This document shows positions 20,331-32,621 of a stretch of 64,000 bases of DNA, piece after piece. Every line of letters begins with the position of its first letter. The stretch's first letter is position 1. The DNA is from an uncultured Gammaproteobacteria bacterium. GTDB taxonomy: Bacteria > Pseudomonadota > Gammaproteobacteria > DRLM01. The stretch covers positions 352,001 to 416,000 of the forward strand of contig CAVSNY010000002.1 in NCBI GenBank assembly GCA_963729605.1. The letters are read 5' to 3'. The notes below the pieces were generated by a model. It ran no database searches and was not told where the DNA came from. It saw only the letters and a program-made list of their open reading frames with translations. The position numbers were made by a program, and so were the translations under genes.

Positions 20331-20944
20331 AATCATGGTTTAAGGGGTTTATGGTGGGTCTGGCTTTGCTGGCCGGCGGCAACGTGCTGGCGGCGGTGTC
20401 GCCGCAAGAGCTGGTGCAGCGCACCGCCGAGGAAATGTTGACCAAGCTGCGCGCCGAGAAGCAGGTGATCGAGCGGCACCCGGAGCGGATTTACGAGTTG
20501 GTCAATCAAATCGTCCTGCCCCATTTCGACTTCGAGCGCATGTCGAGCTGGGTGTTGGGCAAACACTGGCGCGCCGCCACGCCGGCCCAAAAGGAACGGT
20601 TCACGACGGAGTTCCGGACCCTGCTGGTGCGGACCTACGCCAAATCCCTGTCGGCATACACGGACAGCAAGATTTCCTATCTGCCCATGCGCCCCTCGCC
20701 GCAGGAGGATCAGGTCAAGGTGCGCACGGAGGTCGATCAGCCGGGCGGATTCCCCATTCCCATCGATTACGAATTACGCCGCCAGGGCGACGACTGGAAG
20801 GTGATCGACGTGACCATCGACGGCGTCAGCCTGGTCACCAATTACCGCTCCACCTTCGCCTCGCAGATCCGCCAGGACGGTTTGGACAAGCTCATCACCG
20901 TGCTGGCGGAGCGCAATCAGCGCAACCTCCCGGCGCCGAAATGA
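20327..20944 (+). CDS. mlaC: periplasmic phospholipid shuttle MlaC/Ttg2D
   Basis: FDFERMS..VLGKHW, LVRTY, WKVIDVTIDGVSLVTNYRSTF. Confidence 0.94.
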   Translation: MKSWFKGFMVGLALLAGGNVLAAVSPQELVQRTAEEMLTKLRAEKQVIERHPERIYELVNQIVLPHFDFERMSSWVLGKHWRAATPAQKERFTTEFRTLLVRTYAKSLSAYTDSKISYLPMRPSPQEDQVKVRTEVDQPGGFPIPIDYELRRQGDDWKVIDVTIDGVSLVTNYRSTFASQIRQDGLDKLITVLAERNQRNLPAPK

Positions 20945-21246
20945 GCGTCTTGCGCGTCGAGCCGCGCGACGAGGGCGGTTACACGGTGTCCGGAGAACTG
21001 ACCTTCGCCACCGTCCCCGCCGCTTGGCGGGAAACGCAAAACCTGTTCGCGGACGGACAATCTTTGCGTTTCGATCTGGCGGAGGTCGAGCGGGCCGACA
21101 GCGCGGGCATCGCCCTGCTCATCGAATGGCTGCGTCTGGCCCGCCGGAACGGCGCGCGGGTCAGTTACGAACATATGCCGCCGCAAATCCTCGCCATCGC
21201 GCGAGTCACGGGATTGGAGGCGATGTTGTCTCCGCCGGCCGCTTAA
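20941..21246 (+). CDS. mlaB: STAS-domain protein MlaB
   Basis: SGELTFATV, DLAEVERADSAGIALL. Confidence 0.9.
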   Translation: MSVLRVEPRDEGGYTVSGELTFATVPAAWRETQNLFADGQSLRFDLAEVERADSAGIALLIEWLRLARRNGARVSYEHMPPQILAIARVTGLEAMLSPPAA

Positions 21247-21334
21247 GGCTTACAAAAGCCCGGGCGAGCAGGTATGCTGTCACGCTCCGGCGACACCCGC
21301 CTGAAGACGCAAACCAATAGCAAATACGAACCTC

Positions 21335-22907
<1,573 letters not shown>

Positions 22908-22937
22908 TGTGAACCCATCCATCGCCACGCCGCCGTC

Positions 22938-23585
22938 ATGACCAATACCATCACCATCGCCGTCTCCAAGGGGCGCATTTTCAAAGAGGCCCTGCCGCTG
23001 CTGGCGGCGTCGGGCATCGTGCCCGTCGACGATCCGGCCACCAGCCGCAAGCTGGTGCTCGACACCAATCAACCCGACGTGAAACTGGTGATCATCCGCG
23101 CCTCCGACGTGCCGACCTATGTCGAATACGGCGCGGCGGATTTGGGCGTGGCGGGCAAAGACGTGCTGATGGAATATGAAGGCGACGGCTTGTACGAACC
23201 CCTGGATTTGCAGATCGCCCGCTGCCGTTTGATGCTGGCCGGACCGCCCGGCGCCGCCACCGGCCAGACCCGGTTGCGCATCGCCACCAAATACGTCCAC
23301 TCCACCCGCCGTTATTTCGCCGAGCAGGGCAAGCAGGTGGAGATCATCAAACTCTACGGCTCCATGGAATTGGCGCCGCTGGTGCGGTTGGCTGATCTGA
23401 TCGTCGATTTGGTGGACACCGGCAACACCCTCAAGGCCAACGGCCTGGCGCCGCTCGAACACATCGCCGACATCAGTTCGCGGCTGATCGTCAACAAGGC
23501 CTCGATGAAAATGAAACACGCGCGCGTCAACGCCTTCGTGCGCAGCATGGCCGAGGCGGTGGAACAGCGGGCGGGCGGTAAATGA
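22938..23585 (+). CDS. hisG: ATP phosphoribosyltransferase, short form
   Basis: [31 protein letters not shown]; 215 aa. Confidence 0.96.
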   Translation: MTNTITIAVSKGRIFKEALPLLAASGIVPVDDPATSRKLVLDTNQPDVKLVIIRASDVPTYVEYGAADLGVAGKDVLMEYEGDGLYEPLDLQIARCRLMLAGPPGAATGQTRLRIATKYVHSTRRYFAEQGKQVEIIKLYGSMELAPLVRLADLIVDLVDTGNTLKANGLAPLEHIADISSRLIVNKASMKMKHARVNAFVRSMAEAVEQRAGGK

Positions 23586-23628
23586 ACACGGTGCGTGACG
23601 CGCGGCGGGCGCGGGGAGGACGACGGGC

Positions 23629-24954
23629 ATGATCGAAATCAAGCGTCTCAATTCGCAAAGCGCCGACTTCTGGCCCAGTCTCGAAGACCTGCTGGCGTGG
23701 GAGAGTGTATCCGACGCGGCGGTGGCGCGGACCGTCGAGGCCATCCTCGCCGACGTGAAGCGGCGCGGCGACGCCGCGGTGCTCGACTACACCAACCGCT
23801 ACGACCGCATGCAGGCGCGCGATTTGCGCGAACTGGAAATTCCCGCCGCCCGTTTGCGCGAGGCGCTGGCGCGGATTCCCGCCGCCACCCGCGGCGCGCT
23901 GGAGACCTCGGCGGCGCGGCTGCGCGCGTATCACCGGCATCAGAAACAGGAAACCTGGACTTATACCGAGGCCGACGGCACCTTGCTGGGCCAGCAAATC
24001 ACCCCGCTGGATCGGGTCGGCCTGTACGTGCCCGGCGGCAAGGCGGCGTATCCGTCGTCAGTGTTGATGAACGCCATCCCCGCCAAGGTGGCCGGCGTGC
24101 CCGAGGTGGTGATGGTGGTGCCGACGCCCGGCGGCGAATTGAATGAATTGGTGTTGGCCGCCGCGGCGCTGGCCGAAGTCGATCGCGTCTTCGCCATCGG
24201 CGGCGCACAGGCGGTGGCGGCGCTGGCCTACGGCACCGAGAGCGTGCCGCGCGTCGACAAGATCGTCGGCCCCGGCAACATTTATGTCGCCACCGCCAAA
24301 CGCATGGTCTACGGCACGGTGGGCATCGACATGATCGCCGGGCCGTCGGAGATCCTCATCGTCTGCGACGGCGAGACCGATCCGGACTGGACGGCGATGG
24401 ATTTATTCTCGCAGGCCGAACACGACGAGGACGCGCAATCGATACTGCTGTGTCCGGACGCCGACTACCTCGACGCGGTGCAGGACAGCATCGAAAAATT
24501 ATTGCCGCAGATGGAACGCGCCGAGATCATCCGCAAATCGCTCTCCGCGCGCGGCGCCTTGATTCAAGTGCGCGATCTCGATGAAGCGGCGGAAGTGGCC
24601 AATTTCATCTCGCCGGAACATTTGGAATTGTCGGTGGCCGATCCGCAAACCCTCGTCAAAAGCATCCGTCACGCCGGCGCGATCTTCATGGGCCGCTACA
24701 CCGCCGAGGCGGTGGGCGATTATTGCGCCGGTCCCAATCACGTGTTGCCGACCTCGCGCACCGCGCGGTTTTCCTCGCCGCTCGGCGTCTACGATTTTCA
24801 AAAACGCTCCAGCCTCATCCTGTGTTCGCCCGAGGGCGCACGCACGCTGGGGGCGACGGCGTCGTTGCTGGCGCGCGGCGAAGGTCTCACCGCCCACGCC
24901 CGTTCCGCGGAATACCGGATGGGCGCGCGTGGCGAAGGTCATGAGTTGGAATAG
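23629..24954 (+). CDS. hisD: histidinol dehydrogenase
   Basis: [35 protein letters not shown]. Confidence 0.97.
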   Translation: MIEIKRLNSQSADFWPSLEDLLAWESVSDAAVARTVEAILADVKRRGDAAVLDYTNRYDRMQARDLRELEIPAARLREALARIPAATRGALETSAARLRAYHRHQKQETWTYTEADGTLLGQQITPLDRVGLYVPGGKAAYPSSVLMNAIPAKVAGVPEVVMVVPTPGGELNELVLAAAALAEVDRVFAIGGAQAVAALAYGTESVPRVDKIVGPGNIYVATAKRMVYGTVGIDMIAGPSEILIVCDGETDPDWTAMDLFSQAEHDEDAQSILLCPDADYLDAVQDSIEKLLPQMERAEIIRKSLSARGALIQVRDLDEAAEVANFISPEHLELSVADPQTLVKSIRHAGAIFMGRYTAEAVGDYCAGPNHVLPTSRTARFSSPLGVYDFQKRSSLILCSPEGARTLGATASLLARGEGLTAHARSAEYRMGARGEGHELE

Positions 24955-24960
24955 GAAGAA

Positions 24961-26034
24961 ATGAACTCGCGTATTCAACAGTGGGTGCGGCCCGAAATAC
25001 AGGCCCTCAAGGCCTATCACGTACCCGCGGCTGCGGGCTTCGTCAAACTGGACGCCATGGAAAATCCGTACAGTTGGCCCGCGCCGCTGGTGGACGAATG
25101 GCTGGATGCGCTGCGCGCGGTCAGCCTCAATCGTTATCCCGATCCCGGCGCGGCGCGCCTCAAGCAGCGATTGCGCAGCACCTTCGCCGTCCCGGCCGCG
25201 AGCGAGGTATTGCTCGGCAACGGCTCCGACGAATTGATCCAGATGATCTTGATGGCGGTGGCCGGACCGGGCCGCGGCGTACTGGCGCCCGAGCCGGCCT
25301 TTTCCATGTACAAGATCATCAGCGCCGGCCTGGGGCTGAATTATCACGGCGTGCCGCTCAACGGCGATTTCAGCCTGGACGTGCCGGCCATCTTGAGCGC
25401 CATCGCCGAGCGGCGGCCGGCGGTGGTGTTCATCTGTTATCCCAGCAATCCCACCGGCAATCTGTTCGCGCGCGAGGATATTCGCGCCATCATCGAAGCC
25501 GCGCCGGGCGTCGTGGTGGTGGACGAGGCCTACTCGGCGTTTTGCGACGACAGCTTTTTCGATGAATTGTCGCGTTATCCGAATTTGCTGATCCTGCGCA
25601 CGGTGTCGAAACTCGGTCTCGCCGGTTTGCGGCTCGGCTTTCTGGTGGGCGGCGCCGACTGGCTGCACGAATTGGACAAGATCCGCCTGCCCTACAACAT
25701 CGGCGTGATGACGCAGGTGAGCGCCGAATTCGCGCTCAGCCATTATCCGGTGTTGCTGGATCAAACCGGCCGCATCCGCGCCGAGCGGGCCCACTTGGCG
25801 GAGGCCTTGGCGGCGCTGCCGGGGGTGACGCCTTTCCCGACCGCGGCCAATTTCATTCTATTCCGGGTGGCCGCGGGCCGCGCCGCGGAGATATTCCAGC
25901 GGCTTAAGGACCGCCGCGTGCTGATCAAGAATCTCGATGGCAGCCATCCCGCCCTGCACGATTGTCTGCGGGTGACGGTGGGTACGCCGGAGGAAAACCA
26001 GGCCTTTCTCGCGGCGCTGCGGGCGGCGCTATGA
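24961..26034 (+). CDS. hisC: histidinol-phosphate aminotransferase
   Basis: KLDAMENP, GNGSDELI, NPTG, DEAY, RTVSK.GLAGLRLG. Confidence 0.95.
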   Translation: MNSRIQQWVRPEIQALKAYHVPAAAGFVKLDAMENPYSWPAPLVDEWLDALRAVSLNRYPDPGAARLKQRLRSTFAVPAASEVLLGNGSDELIQMILMAVAGPGRGVLAPEPAFSMYKIISAGLGLNYHGVPLNGDFSLDVPAILSAIAERRPAVVFICYPSNPTGNLFAREDIRAIIEAAPGVVVVDEAYSAFCDDSFFDELSRYPNLLILRTVSKLGLAGLRLGFLVGGADWLHELDKIRLPYNIGVMTQVSAEFALSHYPVLLDQTGRIRAERAHLAEALAALPGVTPFPTAANFILFRVAAGRAAEIFQRLKDRRVLIKNLDGSHPALHDCLRVTVGTPEENQAFLAALRAAL

Positions 26035-26091
26035 GGCGGGCGGGGGCGGGAATCATGTACACTCTATGGCCTGACTATCCGGAGACATCGC

Positions 26092-26685
26092 ATGGCTGAG
26101 CGCAAAGCCGGTGTGCAGCGCAATACCTTGGAAACCCGCATCCAGGTCAACGTCAACCTGGACGGCGGCGGCACGGCCAAATTTCAAACCGGCGTGCCCT
26201 TTCTCGATCACATGCTCGACCAGGTGGCGCGCCACGGCATGATCGATATCGAGATCGTCGCCGAAGGCGATTTGCACATCGACGCCCACCACATGGTGGA
26301 AGACGTCGGCATCACCCTGGGCCAGGCGGTGGCCAAGGCGCTGGGCGACAAAAAAGGTCTGCGCCGTTACGGCCATGCCTATGTGCCGCTCGACGAGGCG
26401 CTGTCGCGGGTGGTGGTGGATTTTTCCGGACGGCCGGGTTTGGAATACGGCGTGGAGTTCACCCGGGCGCGCATCGGCGAATTCGATGTCGATCTGTTCC
26501 GCGAATTTTTCCAAGGCTTCGTCAATCACGCGATGGTCACGCTGCATGTCGATTGCCTGCGCGGACGCAACAGCCACCACATCGCCGAGACCGTGTTCAA
26601 GGCCTTCGGCCGCGCGTTGCGCATGGCCATCGAACCGGACGCGCGCATGCAGGGCGTGATGCCGTCCACCAAGGGCAGTTTGTAA
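26092..26685 (+). CDS. hisB: imidazoleglycerol-phosphate dehydratase (monofunctional)
   Basis: DAHH.VED, PLDEAL, NSHHIAE, PSTKG. Confidence 0.97.
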   Translation: MAERKAGVQRNTLETRIQVNVNLDGGGTAKFQTGVPFLDHMLDQVARHGMIDIEIVAEGDLHIDAHHMVEDVGITLGQAVAKALGDKKGLRRYGHAYVPLDEALSRVVVDFSGRPGLEYGVEFTRARIGEFDVDLFREFFQGFVNHAMVTLHVDCLRGRNSHHIAETVFKAFGRALRMAIEPDARMQGVMPSTKGSL

Positions 26686-26696
26686 GTTTATTTGAA

Positions 26697-26782
26697 ATAC
26701 CTCGCGGCTTGCCGCGGGGACTTTGGCGATGGGGTTTCCAATGGGGAGCGGCACAGCGCTCCCCTTGGGTCGCCCGCGGGGA
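26697..26782. repeat. two GC-rich hairpins in hisB-hisH spacer (possible non-autonomous element remnant)
   Basis: CCTCGCGG-cttg-CCGCGGGG and GGGGAGCG-gcacag-CGCTCCCC. Confidence 0.4.
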
Positions 26783-26865
26783 TCCATACTCGGCGGGCGG
26801 GCTAACTTGATTGGACAGCGTACGGCGCGCCGCGGGCGTGCCGGGAATTAGCGGGATCGTAGGTC

Positions 26866-27513
26866 ATGAGTTCCGTTGCGGTAATTGATTATGGGATGGG
26901 CAACCTCCGTTCGGTGGCGAAAGCCCTCGAACATGTGGGGCGCGGCGCGAGCGTGCGCGTCACTTACGATCCCGGCCTGATCCGCCGCTGTGATCGGGTG
27001 GTGTTCCCCGGCGTGGGCGCGCTGCGCGATTGCGTGGCGGAGTTGCGGCGTCTCGGCCTCGACGAGGTGATACGCGACTGCGCCCGCAACAAACCCTTTC
27101 TCGGAATTTGTCTCGGCATGCAGGGCCTGCTCGATCACAGCGACGAGAACGGCGGCGCCGACGGCCTGGGCATCTTCGCCGGCCAAGTGCGCGGTTTCGC
27201 CGACACGCTGCAAGATCCGGTCAGCGGCGCGCGGCTCAAGGTGCCGCACATGGGCTGGAACCAGGTCCATCAGGCGCGTCCCCATCCCTTGTGGGAAGGC
27301 ATCGCCCAGGACAGCCGCTTTTATTTCGTGCACAGCTATTACGCGGCGCCGGCCGCTCCCGCCGAGGTGGCGGCCACCACCCGTTACGGTCATGACTTCG
27401 CCTCCGCGGTGGCGCGCGACAATATCTTCGCCGTGCAATTTCACCCGGAAAAAAGCCAGCAGGCGGGGCTGACCCTGCTGGGCAATTTCATGGCGTGGGA
27501 CGGTCGGGCATGA
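26866..27513 (+). CDS. hisH: imidazole glycerol phosphate synthase amidotransferase subunit
   Basis: DYGMGNL, PGVG, GICLGMQ, PHMGWN, QFHPEKS. Confidence 0.97.
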   Translation: MSSVAVIDYGMGNLRSVAKALEHVGRGASVRVTYDPGLIRRCDRVVFPGVGALRDCVAELRRLGLDEVIRDCARNKPFLGICLGMQGLLDHSDENGGADGLGIFAGQVRGFADTLQDPVSGARLKVPHMGWNQVHQARPHPLWEGIAQDSRFYFVHSYYAAPAAPAEVAATTRYGHDFASAVARDNIFAVQFHPEKSQQAGLTLLGNFMAWDGRA

Positions 27514-27568
27514 GCCGCGGTACGAGTCCGCACAGGTTTTTTATGGAGCCTAGCTTGAGGGAAACCTT

Positions 27569-28306
27569 ATGTTGTTGATACCCGCCATCGATCTCAAAGA
27601 CGGCAAGTGCGTGCGTCTGCGCCAGGGGCGCATGGAAGACGACACGGTGTTTTCCGACGACCCGCTGGCGGTGGCCGATCGCTGGGTGGCGGCGGGCGCG
27701 CGGCGTCTGCACATCGTCGATTTGAACGGCGCCTTCGCCGGCCGGCCGGTCAACGCCGAGGCGATCCGCCGCATCGCCGCCGCCCATCCCGGCGTGCCCA
27801 TTCAAGTGGGCGGCGGGATCCGCGACGACGAGACCATCGAGCTCTATCTCGAGATGGGCGTGAGCTACGTCATCCTCGGCACCAACGCGGTGAACGTCCC
27901 CCATTTCGTCGGCGACGCCTGCTCGGAATTTCCCGGCCACATCATGGTGGGGCTGGACGCCAAAGACGGCAAAGTGGCCATCGACGGCTGGTCGAAACTC
28001 TCCAACCACGACGTGATCGACATCGCCCAGCGCTTCGAGCGCGAAGGGGTGGAGGCCATCATCTACACCGACATCAACCGCGACGGCATGATGGGCGGCG
28101 TCAACGTGGACGCCACGGTCGCGCTGGCGCGCGCCATTCACATCCCGGTGATCGCCTCGGGCGGCGTGAGCAGTTTGCAAGACATCCGCAGCCTGTGCGG
28201 CGCGGCGGGCGAGGGCGTGATGGGCGCCATCGTCGGCCGCGCGTTGTATGAAGGCAATATCGATTTGGCCGAGGCGCAAAAGCTCGCGGACGAACTCGGA
28301 CAGTAA
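27569..28306 (+). CDS. hisA: ProFAR isomerase
   Basis: [39 protein letters not shown]. Confidence 0.97.
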   Translation: MLLIPAIDLKDGKCVRLRQGRMEDDTVFSDDPLAVADRWVAAGARRLHIVDLNGAFAGRPVNAEAIRRIAAAHPGVPIQVGGGIRDDETIELYLEMGVSYVILGTNAVNVPHFVGDACSEFPGHIMVGLDAKDGKVAIDGWSKLSNHDVIDIAQRFEREGVEAIIYTDINRDGMMGGVNVDATVALARAIHIPVIASGGVSSLQDIRSLCGAAGEGVMGAIVGRALYEGNIDLAEAQKLADELGQ

Positions 28307-28307
28307 T

Positions 28308-29105
28308 ATGGGCCTCGCCAAACGCATCATTCCCTGCCTGGACGTCGACAAGGGCCGCGTCGTCAAAGGTGTGAAATTCGTCGGCATCCGCGACGCCGGC
28401 GATCCGGTGGAAATCGCCAAGCGTTACGACGAGCAGGGCGCCGACGAACTGGTGTTTCTCGACATCACCGCCAGCCACGAGGGCCGCGACACCATGGCGC
28501 AAGTGGTGGCCGAGGTCGCCGGCCAGGTGTTCATCCCGCTCACCGTGGGCGGCGGCATCCGCACCACCCAGGATATCCGCCGCATGCTCAACGCCGGCGC
28601 CGACAAGATCGCCGTCAATACCGCGGCGGTCAACCGGCCCGAGTTCGTGCGCGAGGCGGCGGAGCGTTTCGGCGCGCAATGCATCGTGGTGGCGGTCGAC
28701 GCCAAGCGGGTGAGCGGCGAAGGCGATACGCCGCGCTGGGAGGTGTTCACTCACGGCGGCCGTAAATCCACCGGCCTGGACGTGGTGGCCTGGGTGAAGC
28801 GGATGGTGGACTACGGCGCCGGCGAGATTTTATTGACCAGCATGGACCGCGACGGCACCCGCGACGGTTTCGATCTGGCCCTCACCCGCGCCGTGAGCGA
28901 GGCGGTGAACGTGCCGGTGATCGCCTCCGGCGGGGTGGGCAATCTCGACCATCTGGTGTCCGGCATAAAAGAGGGCGGCGCCGACGCGGTGCTGGCCGCC
29001 AGTATTTTTCACTTCGGCGAATACACCGTGGAAGAGGCCAAGCGCCACTTGGCGGCCCACGGCGTCGAGGTGCGTCTGCCCCCCGGCGAGCGTGCACGGC
29101 GATGA
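28308..29105 (+). CDS. hisF: imidazole glycerol phosphate synthase cyclase subunit
   Basis: [32 protein letters not shown]. Confidence 0.97.
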   Translation: MGLAKRIIPCLDVDKGRVVKGVKFVGIRDAGDPVEIAKRYDEQGADELVFLDITASHEGRDTMAQVVAEVAGQVFIPLTVGGGIRTTQDIRRMLNAGADKIAVNTAAVNRPEFVREAAERFGAQCIVVAVDAKRVSGEGDTPRWEVFTHGGRKSTGLDVVAWVKRMVDYGAGEILLTSMDRDGTRDGFDLALTRAVSEAVNVPVIASGGVGNLDHLVSGIKEGGADAVLAASIFHFGEYTVEEAKRHLAAHGVEVRLPPGERARR

Positions 29106-29506
29106 GCGCGGCGTGGCTGGATGACATCAAATGGAACGCGGACGGCCTGGTGCCGGCGGTGGCGCAGGAGGCGGGCAGCGGCCGGGTGTTGATGGTGGCG
29201 TGGATGAATCGCGATGCCCTCGCGGAAACCGCGGCCAGCGGCCGCGCCGTCTATTGGTCGCGTTCGCGTAATAAATTATGGCGCAAGGGCGAGGAGTCGG
29301 GCCATGTGCAGACCGTGCGGGAGATCCGTCTCGATTGCGACGCCGACGTGGTGTTGCTCACGGTCGAACAGGCCGGCGGCATCGCCTGCCACACTGGCCG
29401 CCACAGTTGTTTCTTCCGGCGCTTGGATAAGGACCAATGGGTGACGATGGATCCGGTGTTGCAAGACCCGGCGCGGATTTATCGAGGCGGCGCGGGCCAT
29501 GAATGA
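29102..29506 (+). CDS. hisI: phosphoribosyl-AMP cyclohydrolase
   Basis: [28 protein letters not shown]. Confidence 0.97.
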   Translation: MSAAWLDDIKWNADGLVPAVAQEAGSGRVLMVAWMNRDALAETAASGRAVYWSRSRNKLWRKGEESGHVQTVREIRLDCDADVVLLTVEQAGGIACHTGRHSCFFRRLDKDQWVTMDPVLQDPARIYRGGAGHE

Positions 29507-29828
29507 CGAGGTGCTGAGTCGGCTGGCGGCGGTGCTGGAGGCGCGCAAGGGCGCCGACCCGGCCGGCTCCTATGTGGCCGGGCTGTACGCCAAGGGATTG
29601 GACGCGATCTTGAAGAAGATCGGCGAGGAGGCCACCGAAACCGTGCTGGCCGCCAAGGATGGCGCGGCCGACCGGATCGTGTATGAAATCGCCGATCTGT
29701 GGTTTCACAGCCTGGTGTTGCTGGCCCAGCAGGGTTTGCATCCCGACGCGGTGCTGGCGGAGCTGGAGCGGCGTTTCGGTCTGTCCGGCGTGGCGGAAAA
29801 GGCGGGGCGGGATAGCGGTAAATCGTAA
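29499..29828 (+). CDS. hisE: phosphoribosyl-ATP pyrophosphatase
   Basis: [22 protein letters not shown]. Confidence 0.96.
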   Translation: MNDEVLSRLAAVLEARKGADPAGSYVAGLYAKGLDAILKKIGEEATETVLAAKDGAADRIVYEIADLWFHSLVLLAQQGLHPDAVLAELERRFGLSGVAEKAGRDSGKS

Positions 29829-29933
29829 GCGCCTCATTCCCGGCGGGCGAGGCGGGGAGGTGCGGATTCGTTTGGTATGGCGTAGGATGGGGCGCATTAC
29901 GCCTCCGCGGCGCAAGGTCAATGGAGAAATGAA

Positions 29934-30173
29934 ATGGGTATCAGTATCTGGCAGTTGTTGATCATTTTGTTGATCGTCCTGTTATTGTTCGGCGCCAAGC
30001 GGCTGCGCACCATCGGCACCGATCTGGGCGGCGCGGTGAAGGGTTTCCGTGACTCCATGAGCGACGCCGGCAAGGAAGGCGAAGACAAGGAGAAGGAACG
30101 CATCGAGGGAACGGCCGCGCGCAATACCATCGATGGCGAATCGGTCAAGGACACCAGCAAAGACAAGGTGTAA
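29934..30173 (+). CDS. tatA: twin-arginine translocase TatA
   Basis: [27 protein letters not shown]. Confidence 0.96.
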   Translation: MGISIWQLLIILLIVLLLFGAKRLRTIGTDLGGAVKGFRDSMSDAGKEGEDKEKERIEGTAARNTIDGESVKDTSKDKV

Positions 30174-30182
30174 TGCCGAGCC

Positions 30183-30539
30183 ATGTTCGACATCGGCTTT
30201 TCGGAAATCGTCTTGATCGCGGTGGTCGCGTTGCTGGTGGTCGGGCCGCGGGAATTTCCCGGCATGGTGAAGCAGGTGGGGGGTTGGCTGGGCAATATCC
30301 GCCAATTCGCCAACTCGGTGAAGACCGAGTTCGACAAAGAAATACATAAGGCGGAAGAGCTCAAGCAGTTGATGGCGCGTGAGGCGGAGATCGCCGCGAC
30401 GCCGCAGCACACCGACCCGCGACGCTTTCCGGCCAGTCCCGCGCCGGTCCCCGCCCAAGACGCTGCCGAGGTGAACGCAGCGAGCCCGCCCGCCGCGACT
30501 CCAAATGACAAGCCAGGCCATGGGACGCCGCAACCCTAA
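30183..30539 (+). CDS. tatB: twin-arginine translocase TatB
   Basis: MFDIGFSEI..VALLVVGP. Confidence 0.95.
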   Translation: MFDIGFSEIVLIAVVALLVVGPREFPGMVKQVGGWLGNIRQFANSVKTEFDKEIHKAEELKQLMAREAEIAATPQHTDPRRFPASPAPVPAQDAAEVNAASPPAATPNDKPGHGTPQP

Positions 30540-31326
30540 ACCGCAATACACCCCCCAGCAAGAGCAGCCGTTCATGACGCACCTCATCGAGTTGCGTAAC
30601 CGGTTGTTGCGAATTTTGCTGTGTGTGGTGCTGATATTCCTGGTGCTGTTTCCGTTCACGGCCGAGCTCTATGCCATGCTCGCCCACCCGCTGCTGGAAC
30701 GCTTGCCGGCGGGCGCCACCATGATCGCCACCCAGGTCGCGTCGCCCTTCATTACGCCTTTTAAATTCGTGTTCGTCCTGGCGGTGGCCTTGTCCATGCC
30801 GTATGTGCTGCATCAATTCTGGCACTTCGTCGCGCCGGGTTTGTATCGCCGCGAACGGCGCATCGCCCTGCCCTTGTTGTTTTCCAGCATCGTGCTGTTC
30901 TACGCGGGTGTCGCCTTTGCATTTTACGTGGTGTTCCCGCTGACTTTCGGATTTCTGATCAACGCCGCGCCGGCCGGGGTGGCGGTGATGACCGACATCA
31001 GCAGTTATCTCGATTTCACCCTGACGCTTTTCTTCGCCTTCGGCCTGGCCTTCGAGGTGCCGGTGGCCACCATTATTTTGGTGTGGGCGGGTATTACCAC
31101 CCCCGAGCGACTGGCGGCAAAACGTTCTTATGTCATCGTCGGGGCCTTCGTGATCGGCGCGATCCTGACGCCGCCGGACATATTGTCGCAGACCTTGCTG
31201 GCGATACCGATGTGGCTGCTGTTCGAACTCGGTCTATTCCTGTCGCGGGCCATGATCCGCAGGCAGGCGGAAGAAGATGAGGCCGCCCGGACCGATTCCG
31301 CCTCCCTCGATAAGGACGGCGGATAA
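30520..31326 (+). CDS. tatC: twin-arginine translocase TatC
   Basis: HLIELRNRL, FVAPGLY, FEVPV, TPPD. Confidence 0.96.
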   Translation: MGRRNPKPQYTPQQEQPFMTHLIELRNRLLRILLCVVLIFLVLFPFTAELYAMLAHPLLERLPAGATMIATQVASPFITPFKFVFVLAVALSMPYVLHQFWHFVAPGLYRRERRIALPLLFSSIVLFYAGVAFAFYVVFPLTFGFLINAAPAGVAVMTDISSYLDFTLTLFFAFGLAFEVPVATIILVWAGITTPERLAAKRSYVIVGAFVIGAILTPPDILSQTLLAIPMWLLFELGLFLSRAMIRRQAEEDEAARTDSASLDKDGG

Positions 31327-31336
31327 GCCGTGTCGT

Positions 31337-32509
31337 TCAGCGGGCGCGCGGCTGGGGCCGTTCGCCGATGGTGATCTTGGCGTTTTTCAGCGCGCCATTT
31401 CGTTTGATTTGCAGCTCGATTATTTCGCCGGGGGCGAAGGCGGAGATGATGTCCATCGCCGCCTTGGCGTCGTCGACGGGGCGGCCGTTGATCCGCAACA
31501 CGATGTCGCCGGGCATGAGCCCGGCCTGGTCGGCGGCGCTGCGCGGATAAACGCCCGCCACCAAGGCGCCGCGGGTGTCGTTCAGGCCGAAGGACTCGGC
31601 CAGAGCGGGACTGATGTCTTGGGCCTCGATGCCCAGCCAGCCGCGGATCACCCGTCCCTGTTGGAGGATCTGCTCCATCACGTTCTTGGCCAGTTGGGCG
31701 GGGATGGCGAAGCCGATGCCCTGCGAGCCGCCGGTGCGCGAAAAAATCGCGGTGTTGATGCCCACCAGTTGACCGTAGGTGTTGACCAGCGCGCCACCGG
31801 AGTTGCCGGGGTTGATGGCGGCGTCGGTTTGAATGAAGTTTTCAAAGGTGCTGATGCCGAGCTGCTGGCGGCCGGTGGCGCTGATGATGCCCTGGGTCAC
31901 CGTTTGCCCGACCCCGAAGGGATTGCCGATGGCGAGCACCACGTCCCCCACGCTGAGCGAATCGGATTGGCCGAACACGATGGCCGGCAGTTCTTGCAAA
32001 TCGATTTTCAATAAGGCCAGGTCGGTTTCCGGGTCGCTGCCCACCACGCGGGCGGTGGCGCTGCGGCCGTCGTTGAGCGCCACTTGGATTTCATCGGCGC
32101 CCTCGATGACGTGATTGTTGGTGAGCAGATAGCCTTCCGGGCTGATGATGACGCCGGAACCCAGGCTGGTTTCGTTGCGTTGGCGGGGCAGGTTGGGATC
32201 GCCGCCGAAGAAGCGGCGGAAATTGGGGTCGTCGAACAAGGGATGGCGCTGTTGCGTGATGGTTTTGCTGGTGTAGATGTTGACCACGGCGGGGGTGGCG
32301 ACGCGGACGGCCTTGGCGTATGACGCCGGCGCGCCGCCGGCCGCGGCGTCTTGCTGGCTGTCGCTGACGACGGCGGGCGCCTCCATGATTCTGACCGCCG
32401 GGTGTCGTTCCAGGGCTTGCGGGCGGAACAGCAAAATCATCACGAACGCGACGGCCAAGCCCGAGATGGTCGCCTCGAGCAGGAAAATAAAAATCTTGCG
32501 GGTGTTCAT
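31337..32509 (-). CDS. DegS/AlgW-like HtrA serine protease, one PDZ domain
   Basis: LGSGVI, TNNHVI, QTDAAINPGNSGG; N-terminal TM anchor. Confidence 0.92.
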   Translation of the reverse strand: MNTRKIFIFLLEATISGLAVAFVMILLFRPQALERHPAVRIMEAPAVVSDSQQDAAAGGAPASYAKAVRVATPAVVNIYTSKTITQQRHPLFDDPNFRRFFGGDPNLPRQRNETSLGSGVIISPEGYLLTNNHVIEGADEIQVALNDGRSATARVVGSDPETDLALLKIDLQELPAIVFGQSDSLSVGDVVLAIGNPFGVGQTVTQGIISATGRQQLGISTFENFIQTDAAINPGNSGGALVNTYGQLVGINTAIFSRTGGSQGIGFAIPAQLAKNVMEQILQQGRVIRGWLGIEAQDISPALAESFGLNDTRGALVAGVYPRSAADQAGLMPGDIVLRINGRPVDDAKAAMDIISAFAPGEIIELQIKRNGALKNAKITIGERPQPRAR

Positions 32510-32621
32510 GGACGCGCTACTCTAATCCGTTCGCGGGTGGATGGCCGAGGATGAAAGATACGGCATTTGCGCTCCGACGAACAGTTTAAGATGACAAAAC
32601 GTCCGGGAAGGAAATGACGAC

